From IMG/VR virus record IMGVR_UViG_3300027365_000009, positions 1-64,000 of that record: 64,000 bases of DNA. One strand, given 5' to 3'. Source of the DNA: a virus. Of the stretch, positions 55,876-64,000 are shown piece after piece. The position numbers were made by a program, and so were the translations under genes. Every line of letters begins with the position of its first letter. Within the stretch, counting starts at the first letter, position 1. The notes beneath the pieces were generated by a model. The model was not told the origin of the DNA. It saw only the letters and a list, made by a program, of their open reading frames with translations, and ran no database searches.

Positions 55876-58545
55876 ATGGCTATCGGACGCCAACGCAATC
55901 AACCGATCTATCCCAAGCTTGCGTACAATCGCAATGCACCTGACCAGGTCAAGGCCATCATGGGGAAACTCACCCGTGATCCTGACCAGCCAAGGGGGAA
56001 GACAGCGGAGAATCCACATCTGAATGTGTCGAGGGATCTGTTTACCAAACTCTCGAAATCGACAGCACAAGATACAGCGGATGCCGATAACGTATTTCAG
56101 CTGCTTCCGGATGTCGAATTAGCCGAACAGATCCTGGTGGGAAGTATTCTGTCTCCCAAGGACATGACCCATGTGGAACTCGGGTTTAAAGTCGAAGAAG
56201 GACTGTTTGACAGCGAAGTGGCGCGGTCGATGCTCGAAGTGATCGAAACCCATTTCAAACAGGACTATAAGATTGACGAGCAGCTCGATCGGATGCTCGA
56301 GGAGATTCTGTTTACCAAAGGCGCGTACATTCAAGCAGTCCTGCCGGAAAATAACTTGGATCGTATCATCAACGGTCAGAGTCGTCTTTCCGTCGAACAC
56401 TATAAGCAGGCAGTGACACGTATCCAGAAAAGCCTACCCTTGGGTTTCTTGGGTCATCCTCGTGAAGCACGCGTTTCCATGGAGTCGTTCCGTGGTCGCG
56501 ATCGTGGGGTAGAATCCATCCAAGGCAGTGTCGCTACCCGGCGTGGCGAGAAATCCGTGACGCTACCGCATGTGGCAGTCAGTGACAACTTCGATCTTTT
56601 GAAAACCCCTGAAATCCAAAAGCGTGGTCGCGCCAATGCCATCGGTAGTCTACTGGGACGTCATACGGCCTCCATGGAGTCGGCCAGCAAGGGCATGACT
56701 CCCGAACAGATCGATGCACTTTATGATCGCCCGAGAGGTCAGGCACAGCAGCTCCATACGGTGATCCCTCAGGAGTACATGGATCGACCCTCAGTAGGAC
56801 ACCCGCTGGTGATGAAACTACCTGTGGAGTCGGTGATCCCGGTATTCCCACCCGGACAGCCTGAGGAACATGTGGGTTACTTTGTAATGATCGATCAGAA
56901 TGGTCGTCCTGTAGTGCGTGATGACCAGAAGGATTATTACGGGGAACTGCGCACGAGCTTCCGGGGTAATCAGCAGGACAATACCTCGGAGCTGGTTCGT
57001 CAAACGCGGGAGGCCATGGGGGGCATAGGCGCCAGCGAAGACCTGGATGTGGATGGCGTCCAGCAAGCGTATAGCACCATCGTTGAGAACGATCTGATCA
57101 ATCGCCTGCGTAATGGGATTTACCAAGAAGAGTTCTCTTTGGGGTCTACCGAAGAACTCTACCGGATCATGCTTCATCGTTCGTTGAAAGGCCAGCGGAC
57201 TCAGCTTCTGTATATCCCCGCCGAGTTGATGACCTACATGGCGTTTGACTTCAACAAGTTCGGCATTGGTCAAACCCTACTGACGAAGTCCAAGATTCTC
57301 TCCAGCATGCGTAGCGTCCTGCTGTTCGCTGAGACCATGTCGGGAGTGCGTAATGCAGTGGGTCGTAAGAAAGCCAACATCAACGTTGACCCAGACGACC
57401 CCGATCCCCAAAAGACGATCAGTGACATCCAGAATGCGATCCTGGAAGGGTCGAAGCGAGGCTTCCCGTTAGCGTCACCCGATCCCGCACAGACGTTGGA
57501 TTTCCTTAACCGTGCTGGGTTTGATTTCTCGATCAATGTGGAGTCGGATAATTACCCCACTACCAAAGTAGATTTTGATGACTACAACACAAATGTCAAC
57601 GGCGGTAACCCGGAACTTCAAGACCGTCTGCGTCGGATGCAAATCTCGTCATGGGGCATGAACCCGGAGTTGGTAGACCCCACCCAGTCGCCGGACTTTG
57701 CGACCAGTGTGGTGAACAACAACCTGATCATGACCCGTCGCGTATTGCGCTACCAGAAGCGTTTCACAGCGTTTCTCACGCAGTTCATCCAGACCTACGT
57801 CCTGCACAGTTCAACGCTCTTAGACAAACTCAGAGAAGAGCTGAAAGGCAATAAACAAAAGCTGATCACTGAACATAAGAAACTGTCGGATGACGAAGTG
57901 ATCGAAGCCTTTGTGGCGGCGGTAACCGCTACCCTACCGGCACCGGATACCACCCGTACCGATCAACAACTCCAGGCCTTCGAGCAATACAGTAATCTGC
58001 TGGATCGTAGTCTGGAAGCCTACATCACACCTGATCTGTTCCCTGCCGAGATGCTGGAACGAGAACCGGATACGGTGAACCACGTCATCAGCGTTGTGCG
58101 GGCTTATTACCAGCGTCTGTGGCTTGAGCAGAATAACGTCATGCCGCAACTGGGTCAGCTCACGGAGATGGATGGACGTAAACCCGGCTTCAGCCTACTG
58201 GATATTCAGCAGGCACAGTTCAAGTCCGTAGGGAATGCCATTCAGAAGTACATGGAGGGCATTGAGAAGTCCAAAGAGAAATGGGCGGAGAAGTACGGTG
58301 AGAAGGTAGAGGAAGAGGAAGCCGCTTCCGGATTCGGCGACGATGCCACCACCGATGAGTTTGGAGACGGTGATGAAGGAGGGGATGACTTCGGTGAAGA
58401 GGCGTCTGATGCGGATGATGACTTCGGTGAGGAAACCGACGACTTCGGTGAAGAGTCTGAAGAGGAAGGCGAACTAGAAGAGGAATCCGAAGAAACAGAA
58501 GAGGAGGAAGAGTCTGACGATGACAGTGAAGACGAAACAAAATAA
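55876..58545 (+). CDS. Portal protein (phiKZ gp129-like)
   Basis: About 889 aa. SILSPKD, GHPLVMKLP-ESVIPV and DPDP motifs, synteny, acidic C-tail. Confidence 0.75.
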   Translation: MAIGRQRNQPIYPKLAYNRNAPDQVKAIMGKLTRDPDQPRGKTAENPHLNVSRDLFTKLSKSTAQDTADADNVFQLLPDVELAEQILVGSILSPKDMTHVELGFKVEEGLFDSEVARSMLEVIETHFKQDYKIDEQLDRMLEEILFTKGAYIQAVLPENNLDRIINGQSRLSVEHYKQAVTRIQKSLPLGFLGHPREARVSMESFRGRDRGVESIQGSVATRRGEKSVTLPHVAVSDNFDLLKTPEIQKRGRANAIGSLLGRHTASMESASKGMTPEQIDALYDRPRGQAQQLHTVIPQEYMDRPSVGHPLVMKLPVESVIPVFPPGQPEEHVGYFVMIDQNGRPVVRDDQKDYYGELRTSFRGNQQDNTSELVRQTREAMGGIGASEDLDVDGVQQAYSTIVENDLINRLRNGIYQEEFSLGSTEELYRIMLHRSLKGQRTQLLYIPAELMTYMAFDFNKFGIGQTLLTKSKILSSMRSVLLFAETMSGVRNAVGRKKANINVDPDDPDPQKTISDIQNAILEGSKRGFPLASPDPAQTLDFLNRAGFDFSINVESDNYPTTKVDFDDYNTNVNGGNPELQDRLRRMQISSWGMNPELVDPTQSPDFATSVVNNNLIMTRRVLRYQKRFTAFLTQFIQTYVLHSSTLLDKLREELKGNKQKLITEHKKLSDDEVIEAFVAAVTATLPAPDTTRTDQQLQAFEQYSNLLDRSLEAYITPDLFPAEMLEREPDTVNHVISVVRAYYQRLWLEQNNVMPQLGQLTEMDGRKPGFSLLDIQQAQFKSVGNAIQKYMEGIEKSKEKWAEKYGEKVEEEEAASGFGDDATTDEFGDGDEGGDDFGEEASDADDDFGEETDDFGEESEEEGELEEESEETEEEEESDDDSEDETK

Positions 58546-58559
58546 ACCACGACATAGTC

Positions 58560-58588
58560 GCCTCCCCGGTTGGGGAGGCTTTTTTTTT
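58560..58588. terminator. Terminator hairpin between convergent genes
   Basis: gcctcccc-ggtt-ggggaggc followed by a T-run. Confidence 0.8.
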
Positions 58589-59022
58589 TACTCGTAACTG
58601 TCGTGCTTCACAAAACCTTGATCAATCATGATCACGGAATAATTACGGCCATCCGGTAATAAGACATCGGCTTCGACGCGATTATACACCGCCCACCCAT
58701 ACGACCGGATGGTAAAACGGTCAGGAAGTAATTGAATAGCAAAATCGGTAGCGGCTTCTCCATGTGCCGCTTCGGCTTCAGTCTTCGGACGCCAGGTTTC
58801 TGGGGCATCGTAGTCCTTGATACGTAACCGCACATCCATTAACATTCCAAGTCCCATATCGAGCCTGACATCCATGGTATCAGCGTCGACGACGTTTAAT
58901 AACGTGGCATTGTAATACTGAACTTGCTCGAGTTCATCAAAACTCGGCGCATCTGACATGAAAGCGGCTTGGGCAGTGAAAGACAATACCCAAAGGAATA
59001 CCCCGACAAAAAAATGTTTCAT
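58588..59022 (-). CDS. Thermonuclease (SNase-like) with signal peptide
   Basis: Signal peptide ending AQA. VVDADT, VRL--YDAPE and YNR motifs. Confidence 0.8.
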   Translation of the reverse strand: MKHFFVGVFLWVLSFTAQAAFMSDAPSFDELEQVQYYNATLLNVVDADTMDVRLDMGLGMLMDVRLRIKDYDAPETWRPKTEAEAAHGEAATDFAIQLLPDRFTIRSYGWAVYNRVEADVLLPDGRNYSVIMIDQGFVKHDSYE

Positions 59023-59243
59023 TGTGGTTCTCGCGTATAGTGGTTGTTAACTGGCATTAATTTCCGCTAATACCAAGTCGGTGATACTCACCGGAATAAC
59101 CGGGAGTTCCGATAACTGGGTGGCCTGTTCTACCTGATAGTCCAGGTCCCATGCTTCTCGATAAATCCCTTTATAAACCTCAATGGAATAATGCCCATTG
59201 TTCCTCGTTCCCTTTAAGCGATTGAGTCATATTATCGACATAG

Positions 59244-59267
59244 CAGGGAGGGCGTTTGCCCTCCCTG
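59244..59267 (-). terminator. Terminator-like hairpin
   Basis: cagggagggc-gttt-gccctccctg flanked by gacata and tatgc. Confidence 0.65.
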
Positions 59268-59271
59268 TGTT

Positions 59272-59694
59272 TTATGCGGCCTGAATAGTGCCGTGATCCA
59301 TCACCCACTCGCCGGTACCGACGTCTTGGGTAAAGCCCATGGATTCCATGAACTGACGCATGGCCAGCGGGGTCATGAAGTGGGCAGCACTGTCGGCAGC
59401 TTCCGCTTCGACCTGGGTCGCGGTGGGGTAGTTGTCGACACTACCCAGACCCACATCGGTGGCGCCCAGGACCACCACACCAGTCTGGCCGTTAACGGAA
59501 TCCACCGCACCACCGCCGCCAGAACCGACATCGGTCATGTTGGGGACGACGTGACCACCGGCAGTCAGTCCATCATGCAAACGCACACGCCAGTTGGTGG
59601 TATCGATGGTAATCTCACCGGCAGGACCGGTGTAGTTGTTGTTGGAGGCTTCAGAGCCCCGCAGGAATTTGACACGAAAAGCAGGACCGGCCAT
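59272..59694 (-). CDS. Short Mtd_N-domain tail-fibre-associated protein
   Basis: KFLRGS...YTGPAGEITIDT...RLHDG-TAGG, VDSVNGQTGVV and DVGLGSVDNY repeats. Confidence 0.75.
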   Translation of the reverse strand: MAGPAFRVKFLRGSEASNNNYTGPAGEITIDTTNWRVRLHDGLTAGGHVVPNMTDVGSGGGGAVDSVNGQTGVVVLGATDVGLGSVDNYPTATQVEAEAADSAAHFMTPLAMRQFMESMGFTQDVGTGEWVMDHGTIQAA

Positions 59695-59765
59695 AACCGT
59701 TCTCCTTACGTTGGTATTGATTAGACCGGTGGGGTTTCCCCCACCGGCTTATGCCCCGTTACCCG

Positions 59766-60779
59766 TTAGGCGATCGGAGCAACGTACAGGTACTGAACCT
59801 GGACCGTGTTGCCATCCCACTGACCGGAGGTATCCAGGTCAATGGTGAACTCGTTGCTGTTGACGGTGGCCACCAGCGGGGCATCATACGCGGCACCAGT
59901 CGCGCCATCGATGTAGCGTACGGTGGCGAAGTTCAGGATGCCGTCGATGCCGCCCTTCGGTGCGTGAGTCAGCACGATGGTGTCAGTCGCGGTGGTGCTC
60001 TGGTTGACCACCACGGACTCCAACATGACCTCCGGACCGCCGGTACGGGCTTCCTCGTCAGCGTATGCCTTGACGGCTGCAGAGGAGGGTGCCTGATCGG
60101 CCGGAGCGGAGACTTCCAGGTCCTGAATCAGCTCAGCCTTGAGGACGGCGTCATCTAGGTTGATAGCAGCGGTAACCGCCAGAAAGTCCACCTTGGCCTT
60201 GGCGGCGTCGGTGTAGGCGTTGGTATCCGGGTTGGACTCGTAGGTGGTCTTGATGCTGGCCGCGTTGATGGAGTTTTCCAGCGCGTCCTGATCAGAGAGC
60301 TTGATCCACGAGGTGGCCACGCCGTTGACATCGACAGCGCCCGGCTTGTACATGGCCCACTTGGTGTCGCCGTCATCGACGACGAACACGCGGTCAGCGG
60401 TGTCCAGGTTGGTGAGCGCATCACGCTCGGCGATAGTGGCGACGTTGTAGTTGGTGCCCAGCGACAGCTCGGCGGCGGTGATCGCGTCGTCCACTTCAGT
60501 GGTGGAGTACACGTTCAGGTTCGTACGGGCGGTCGGAACGTCCGCGACGTCGCTCAGGTTGTTGGCAATCTTGAGGGATTCACTGCTACCGGTAGAGGCG
60601 GCAGTGTTCACTTCGTTGATTGCCTGAACCAGGGAGGTCTTGTTGGTGGTGTTGAGCAGGCTCAGGTCACCGTCGGCGGTCTGACGGGCGGTGGTCTCAT
60701 CGGTGATGGCCTGATTGATCTGGTTCAGGTCATCGGTAAGGCCGATGATAATACTCTTATGGCGCTTCAAAATTGCCAT
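59766..60779 (-). CDS. Tail fibre/virion protein
   Basis: KTSLVQAINE and NNLSDV-D--TARTNL fibre repeats. Paralogue of 60833..61882. Confidence 0.7.
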   Translation of the reverse strand: MAILKRHKSIIIGLTDDLNQINQAITDETTARQTADGDLSLLNTTNKTSLVQAINEVNTAASTGSSESLKIANNLSDVADVPTARTNLNVYSTTEVDDAITAAELSLGTNYNVATIAERDALTNLDTADRVFVVDDGDTKWAMYKPGAVDVNGVATSWIKLSDQDALENSINAASIKTTYESNPDTNAYTDAAKAKVDFLAVTAAINLDDAVLKAELIQDLEVSAPADQAPSSAAVKAYADEEARTGGPEVMLESVVVNQSTTATDTIVLTHAPKGGIDGILNFATVRYIDGATGAAYDAPLVATVNSNEFTIDLDTSGQWDGNTVQVQYLYVAPIA

Positions 60780-60832
60780 GGGACTTTCCTCTTTTAGCGT
60801 GTGATAAAACGACTTGACTTAAGATTTAACCG

Positions 60833-61882
60833 TTAGTCAAGGGTGCCTTGATCGGCGTAGCCTTGTTCATCGACGACCGGACCGGACGGTGGGACATGAG
60901 CGTACTGAATGGTAACATCGAAACCATCCCACTCACCGGAGGTCTCCAGCACGAGGGTGAAAACGTTCGGGGTCGCTGTGGACTGCAGCGGAGCGTCATA
61001 TGACACGCCATTGATATCGGTATAACGTACCGTACCGAAGTTCATGATACCTGCCACACCGCCCTTGGGGGCGTAGGTGAGGGTGATGGTATCACTGACG
61101 GTAACAGTCAGGGTTTCTTTGAGGGTAGTGGTTCCCCCAAGACGCACCGACTCACGAATGTACGGCGTCACCGCATCAGCAGACGGTACCTGGGTGGCGT
61201 CTGCTCCGATGGACAGGAGGTCCTGGCCAAGTTCAGCTTTCAGTGCCACATCATCCAGGTCAATCGCCTGGGTCACGCTGAGCAGGTCCACCTTCGCTTT
61301 GGCGGCGTCGGTGTAAGCGTTGGTGTCGGCGTTGGACTCATACTCGGTCTTGAGGGCGGACGCACTGATGGTCGCCTCCAGACTATACTGAGTCATTAAC
61401 GGCGCCCAACCGGTAACCGCGCCAGTGCCTGCATCAAACGTGGTCGGCTTGTAGGTGGCCCAGGTGCCGTCACCGCTGTCTGCCACGAACACCCGATCAT
61501 TGGTGTTCAGGTCCATCAGCGCATCACGCTCAGCAATAGTGGCCACGACGACATTGGTGCCGAGATCCAGTTTTGCTGCCTCAATCGCATTGTTGATTTC
61601 ATCGATTGAGTAGATGGACAGGTTGGTACGGGCGGTAGCGACATCCTGAAGATCGGCCAGGTTCTGGTCAATTTTCAAAGACGCGTCACTACCACTTTCC
61701 GCGCCAGCCAGCAGTGAGTTAATGGCTGATACCAGGTCGGTGGTATTGGTGGTTTCCAGAAGCTGAAGGTCGCCATCGGCAGCCGCACGATCCAGGGCTG
61801 CTTGGTTGATGGCATCGATCAGTGTCTGGAGGTCATCTGACAAGCCGTAAATAATACTCTTGTCTCTCTTCAAGATCCCCAT
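60833..61882 (-). CDS. Tail fibre/virion protein (paralogue of 59766..60779)
   Basis: Collinear with its neighbour, e.g. shared DTNAYTDAAKAKVD. Confidence 0.7.
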   Translation of the reverse strand: MGILKRDKSIIYGLSDDLQTLIDAINQAALDRAAADGDLQLLETTNTTDLVSAINSLLAGAESGSDASLKIDQNLADLQDVATARTNLSIYSIDEINNAIEAAKLDLGTNVVVATIAERDALMDLNTNDRVFVADSGDGTWATYKPTTFDAGTGAVTGWAPLMTQYSLEATISASALKTEYESNADTNAYTDAAKAKVDLLSVTQAIDLDDVALKAELGQDLLSIGADATQVPSADAVTPYIRESVRLGGTTTLKETLTVTVSDTITLTYAPKGGVAGIMNFGTVRYTDINGVSYDAPLQSTATPNVFTLVLETSGEWDGFDVTIQYAHVPPSGPVVDEQGYADQGTLD

Positions 61883-61972
61883 AGGGAAGCCTCCTAAGTG
61901 AATGAAACTGGAATTCTCCCCCGTTCCATAGAAAAGAATTCCATAACATAAGGGAGTGATTACGTGCGGGTT

Positions 61973-62683
61973 TTAAATATTCAAATAGCCGAGAAAGGAC
62001 ACGGTGATACTGACGATTGGACTATGAAGCCACGCTACGTCATCTGGGTCTAGAATCAGCTGTGCTGACCCAGACGAGTTGTAGCCCCAATCCACCCCTA
62101 CCATCTCTGCAACACTCCCATCGGCGAGGTTGGCAATCGCCATTTTCCACACCAGATCCCCAAGAGGTATCTGCGGGAGAACGTAATATCCATCGCCATC
62201 GGGTAAGATATTCTCTGCGGTGACAATACCCACAGAGGTCTTCTTGAGTTCTTGATCGGTGACCCAGCTGTTGTAGTTCTGTAAATAGAACCCAAACCGA
62301 TCAGAGACCTTTTGTGTTTCTGCAGAAGATAGAGGTAAAAGTCCAACACTTGGAAACGGTCGGGTGATAATCCCCGGATAACCGATGACATACCCCAGAT
62401 TGGGGTTAGGGTACTGGTTATCGTTGTCGTCATCGTACTCTGCAATGACTTCGACATTACCGTCCCAAGTGGTGTTCACTACGTGGGTGATGGTGTAGCG
62501 CGTTAAGGTTCCTGTCTCGACGGCCCCGGTATCCAGGACTAAAACGTCTGTCTCCGTCACATCCCGCGCGCGGAACTTCCCTTCATTGTCGACTAACTTG
62601 AAGGTCAATTTCCACGACTGGGATTCTGTGCCTGGTTCGGCAGACGATAGGTCAATCCTGGACTGAAAATGTAGCCGTGACAT
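61973..62683 (-). CDS. Hypothetical virion-associated protein
   Basis: TAAGGA RBS, located in the tail fibre cluster. Confidence 0.6.
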   Translation of the reverse strand: MSRLHFQSRIDLSSAEPGTESQSWKLTFKLVDNEGKFRARDVTETDVLVLDTGAVETGTLTRYTITHVVNTTWDGNVEVIAEYDDDNDNQYPNPNLGYVIGYPGIITRPFPSVGLLPLSSAETQKVSDRFGFYLQNYNSWVTDQELKKTSVGIVTAENILPDGDGYYVLPQIPLGDLVWKMAIANLADGSVAEMVGVDWGYNSSGSAQLILDPDDVAWLHSPIVSITVSFLGYLNI

Positions 62684-62768
62684 GGTGTCGTCCTTAAACG
62701 ATGAAAAGACTCATGATGAGAACTTAAAAAGGGATCTACACCATGAGTCTAAACAGTGAAGTTAAGTG

Positions 62769-64000
62769 TTACACGACCACCACACGAAAGCGGGTGCCTT
62801 CCCCATCAATCAAACCAACCTTTTCAATCCGCACACGCCCATCTGGTTCCAATGTGTAGTTCTGAAGCGTAGTGGGCTGCTGTACAGACGGTACCGCATG
62901 GTTGTATTCCACAAAGAAAGGAATATTCATGGTCAGTACGTTCGTATTTCCAAACGGTTCCTTATAGAAAATGTTGAAATACGATGTGGTGTTAAAGCCA
63001 TCATGGTAGATCACCGAGATGTTCTTCAACATGCAGGTGGACGGGACATTGTCAATCTCTAACGTATTCCCGCCACTTTGGGTAATGGTGATCTGGGACG
63101 AGTCAGTTTCTGACCCAAAGATCACCAGGTTAACAAAACATTCAACGCCGTTATGGGTGAATGTGTACTCACGGGCATGAGGAACCCCACTGCCGGCAGT
63201 GCCGCCTGAAGTACCCCCTCCAGGAATATCGACAGTTACCTCACCTGCGCTTTGAGTGGTGGTGACACCCGCTCCGGTGAAATTAAGGTGTGTAGCCGCG
63301 GCGGTGAGCTCAGTTCCTTCATCACTAACCGCAACGGATTGACCAGGTTCGCCTTGCGGGCCCATGGGGCCTTCGGGACCCTGAGGGCCTTCGGGGCCGA
63401 TGGGACCAACCTCCCCCTGAGGACCTTGGGGACCCACAAGTGAAGTCAACCACTCCGTCTCCGTCCCCACGAAGCCGTTTGTTACCGCCACATCATAAGC
63501 ACTGTCGCCCTCTAATGAGACGAGCCATTCGCTTTCGGTACCCACATACCCGTTATTGACGGCGATTTCATAGGCAGATTCAGCACTGGTGACGCCTGCA
63601 TCCAACCAATTCATTCCATCGAAATAGTAGAGCTCGTCGGTACCTACCAGATAGACGGTTCCCTGTGTTGCGTCGGTTGGGAGCTCTCCGAACGTTGCTA
63701 CTTGACCGTCAATCTGTAACCCGTGGCCAGCGGGACCTTGTGGGCCCTCGGGACCCTGAGGGCCTTCAGGACCGGTAGGGCCTTGCGGGCCCATAGGACC
63801 TTCGTCCCCAGCAGGTCCGACAGGACCCTGTTCACCCTGGATGCCCTGCGGACCTACCAATGAGGATAACCATTCGGTTTGGGTGCCCATGAACCCATCA
63901 TTTAAGGCAACCTGATAGGCACTGTCGCCTTTCTCCCCCTTCAGGGTATCGAGCCACTCGGCTTCTGTCCCAGTAAAGCCCTGGGCAACCGCACTGTCGT
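62769..64000 (-). CDS. Collagen-like tail fibre protein (5' end outside the window)
   Basis: G-X-Y runs and repeated SAY--AV--GFVGT--EWL-SL-G units. Frame stays open to the window edge. Confidence 0.8.
   Translation of the reverse strand, partial: DSAVAQGFTGTEAEWLDTLKGEKGDSAYQVALNDGFMGTQTEWLSSLVGPQGIQGEQGPVGPAGDEGPMGPQGPTGPEGPQGPEGPQGPAGHGLQIDGQVATFGELPTDATQGTVYLVGTDELYYFDGMNWLDAGVTSAESAYEIAVNNGYVGTESEWLVSLEGDSAYDVAVTNGFVGTETEWLTSLVGPQGPQGEVGPIGPEGPQGPEGPMGPQGEPGQSVAVSDEGTELTAAATHLNFTGAGVTTTQSAGEVTVDIPGGGTSGGTAGSGVPHAREYTFTHNGVECFVNLVIFGSETDSSQITITQSGGNTLEIDNVPSTCMLKNISVIYHDGFNTTSYFNIFYKEPFGNTNVLTMNIPFFVEYNHAVPSVQQPTTLQNYTLEPDGRVRIEKVGLIDGEGTRFRVVVV

Noticed and set aside
62769-64000. Repeats as a CRISPR array
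   Set aside because: They are in-frame collagen and SAY-type protein repeats. No repeat-spacer array was seen in the window.

Overview
This 64-kb window comes from a phiKZ-like jumbo phage. Gene content and order follow the phiKZ gp77-gp131 block as I recall it: virion RNAP beta' C-terminal subunit, split family-B DNA polymerase subunit, head/inner-body and baseplate proteins, DnaB, major capsid protein, non-virion RNAP beta subunit, portal and tail fibres. Membership of the nucleus-forming group is inferred, since chimallin is not in the window. Accessory highlights: (1) a complete diversity-generating retroelement (target gene with VR, hairpin, avd, TR, RT) whose 11 VR/TR mismatches all fall at TR adenines, plus two non-targeted paralogues and three Mtd_N-type proteins; (2) a tRNA-Leu(UAA) gene split by a 217-nt trnL-type group I intron; (3) a ~750-nt ORF-free, heavily base-paired region right after that tRNA, a candidate large ornate ncRNA; (4) an ORF-less 450-nt group I intron splitting motif A of the DNA polymerase subunit; (5) a free-standing triple GIY-YIG endonuclease whose RBS is sequestered in a hairpin with a TATG late-promoter motif in the loop; (6) a candidate -1 frameshift (T TTT TTT) of the tail-chaperone G/GT type; (7) candidate anti-defence genes and a cluster of early small membrane proteins sharing a leader motif. 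All homology calls come from motif recognition and synteny, not from database searches.
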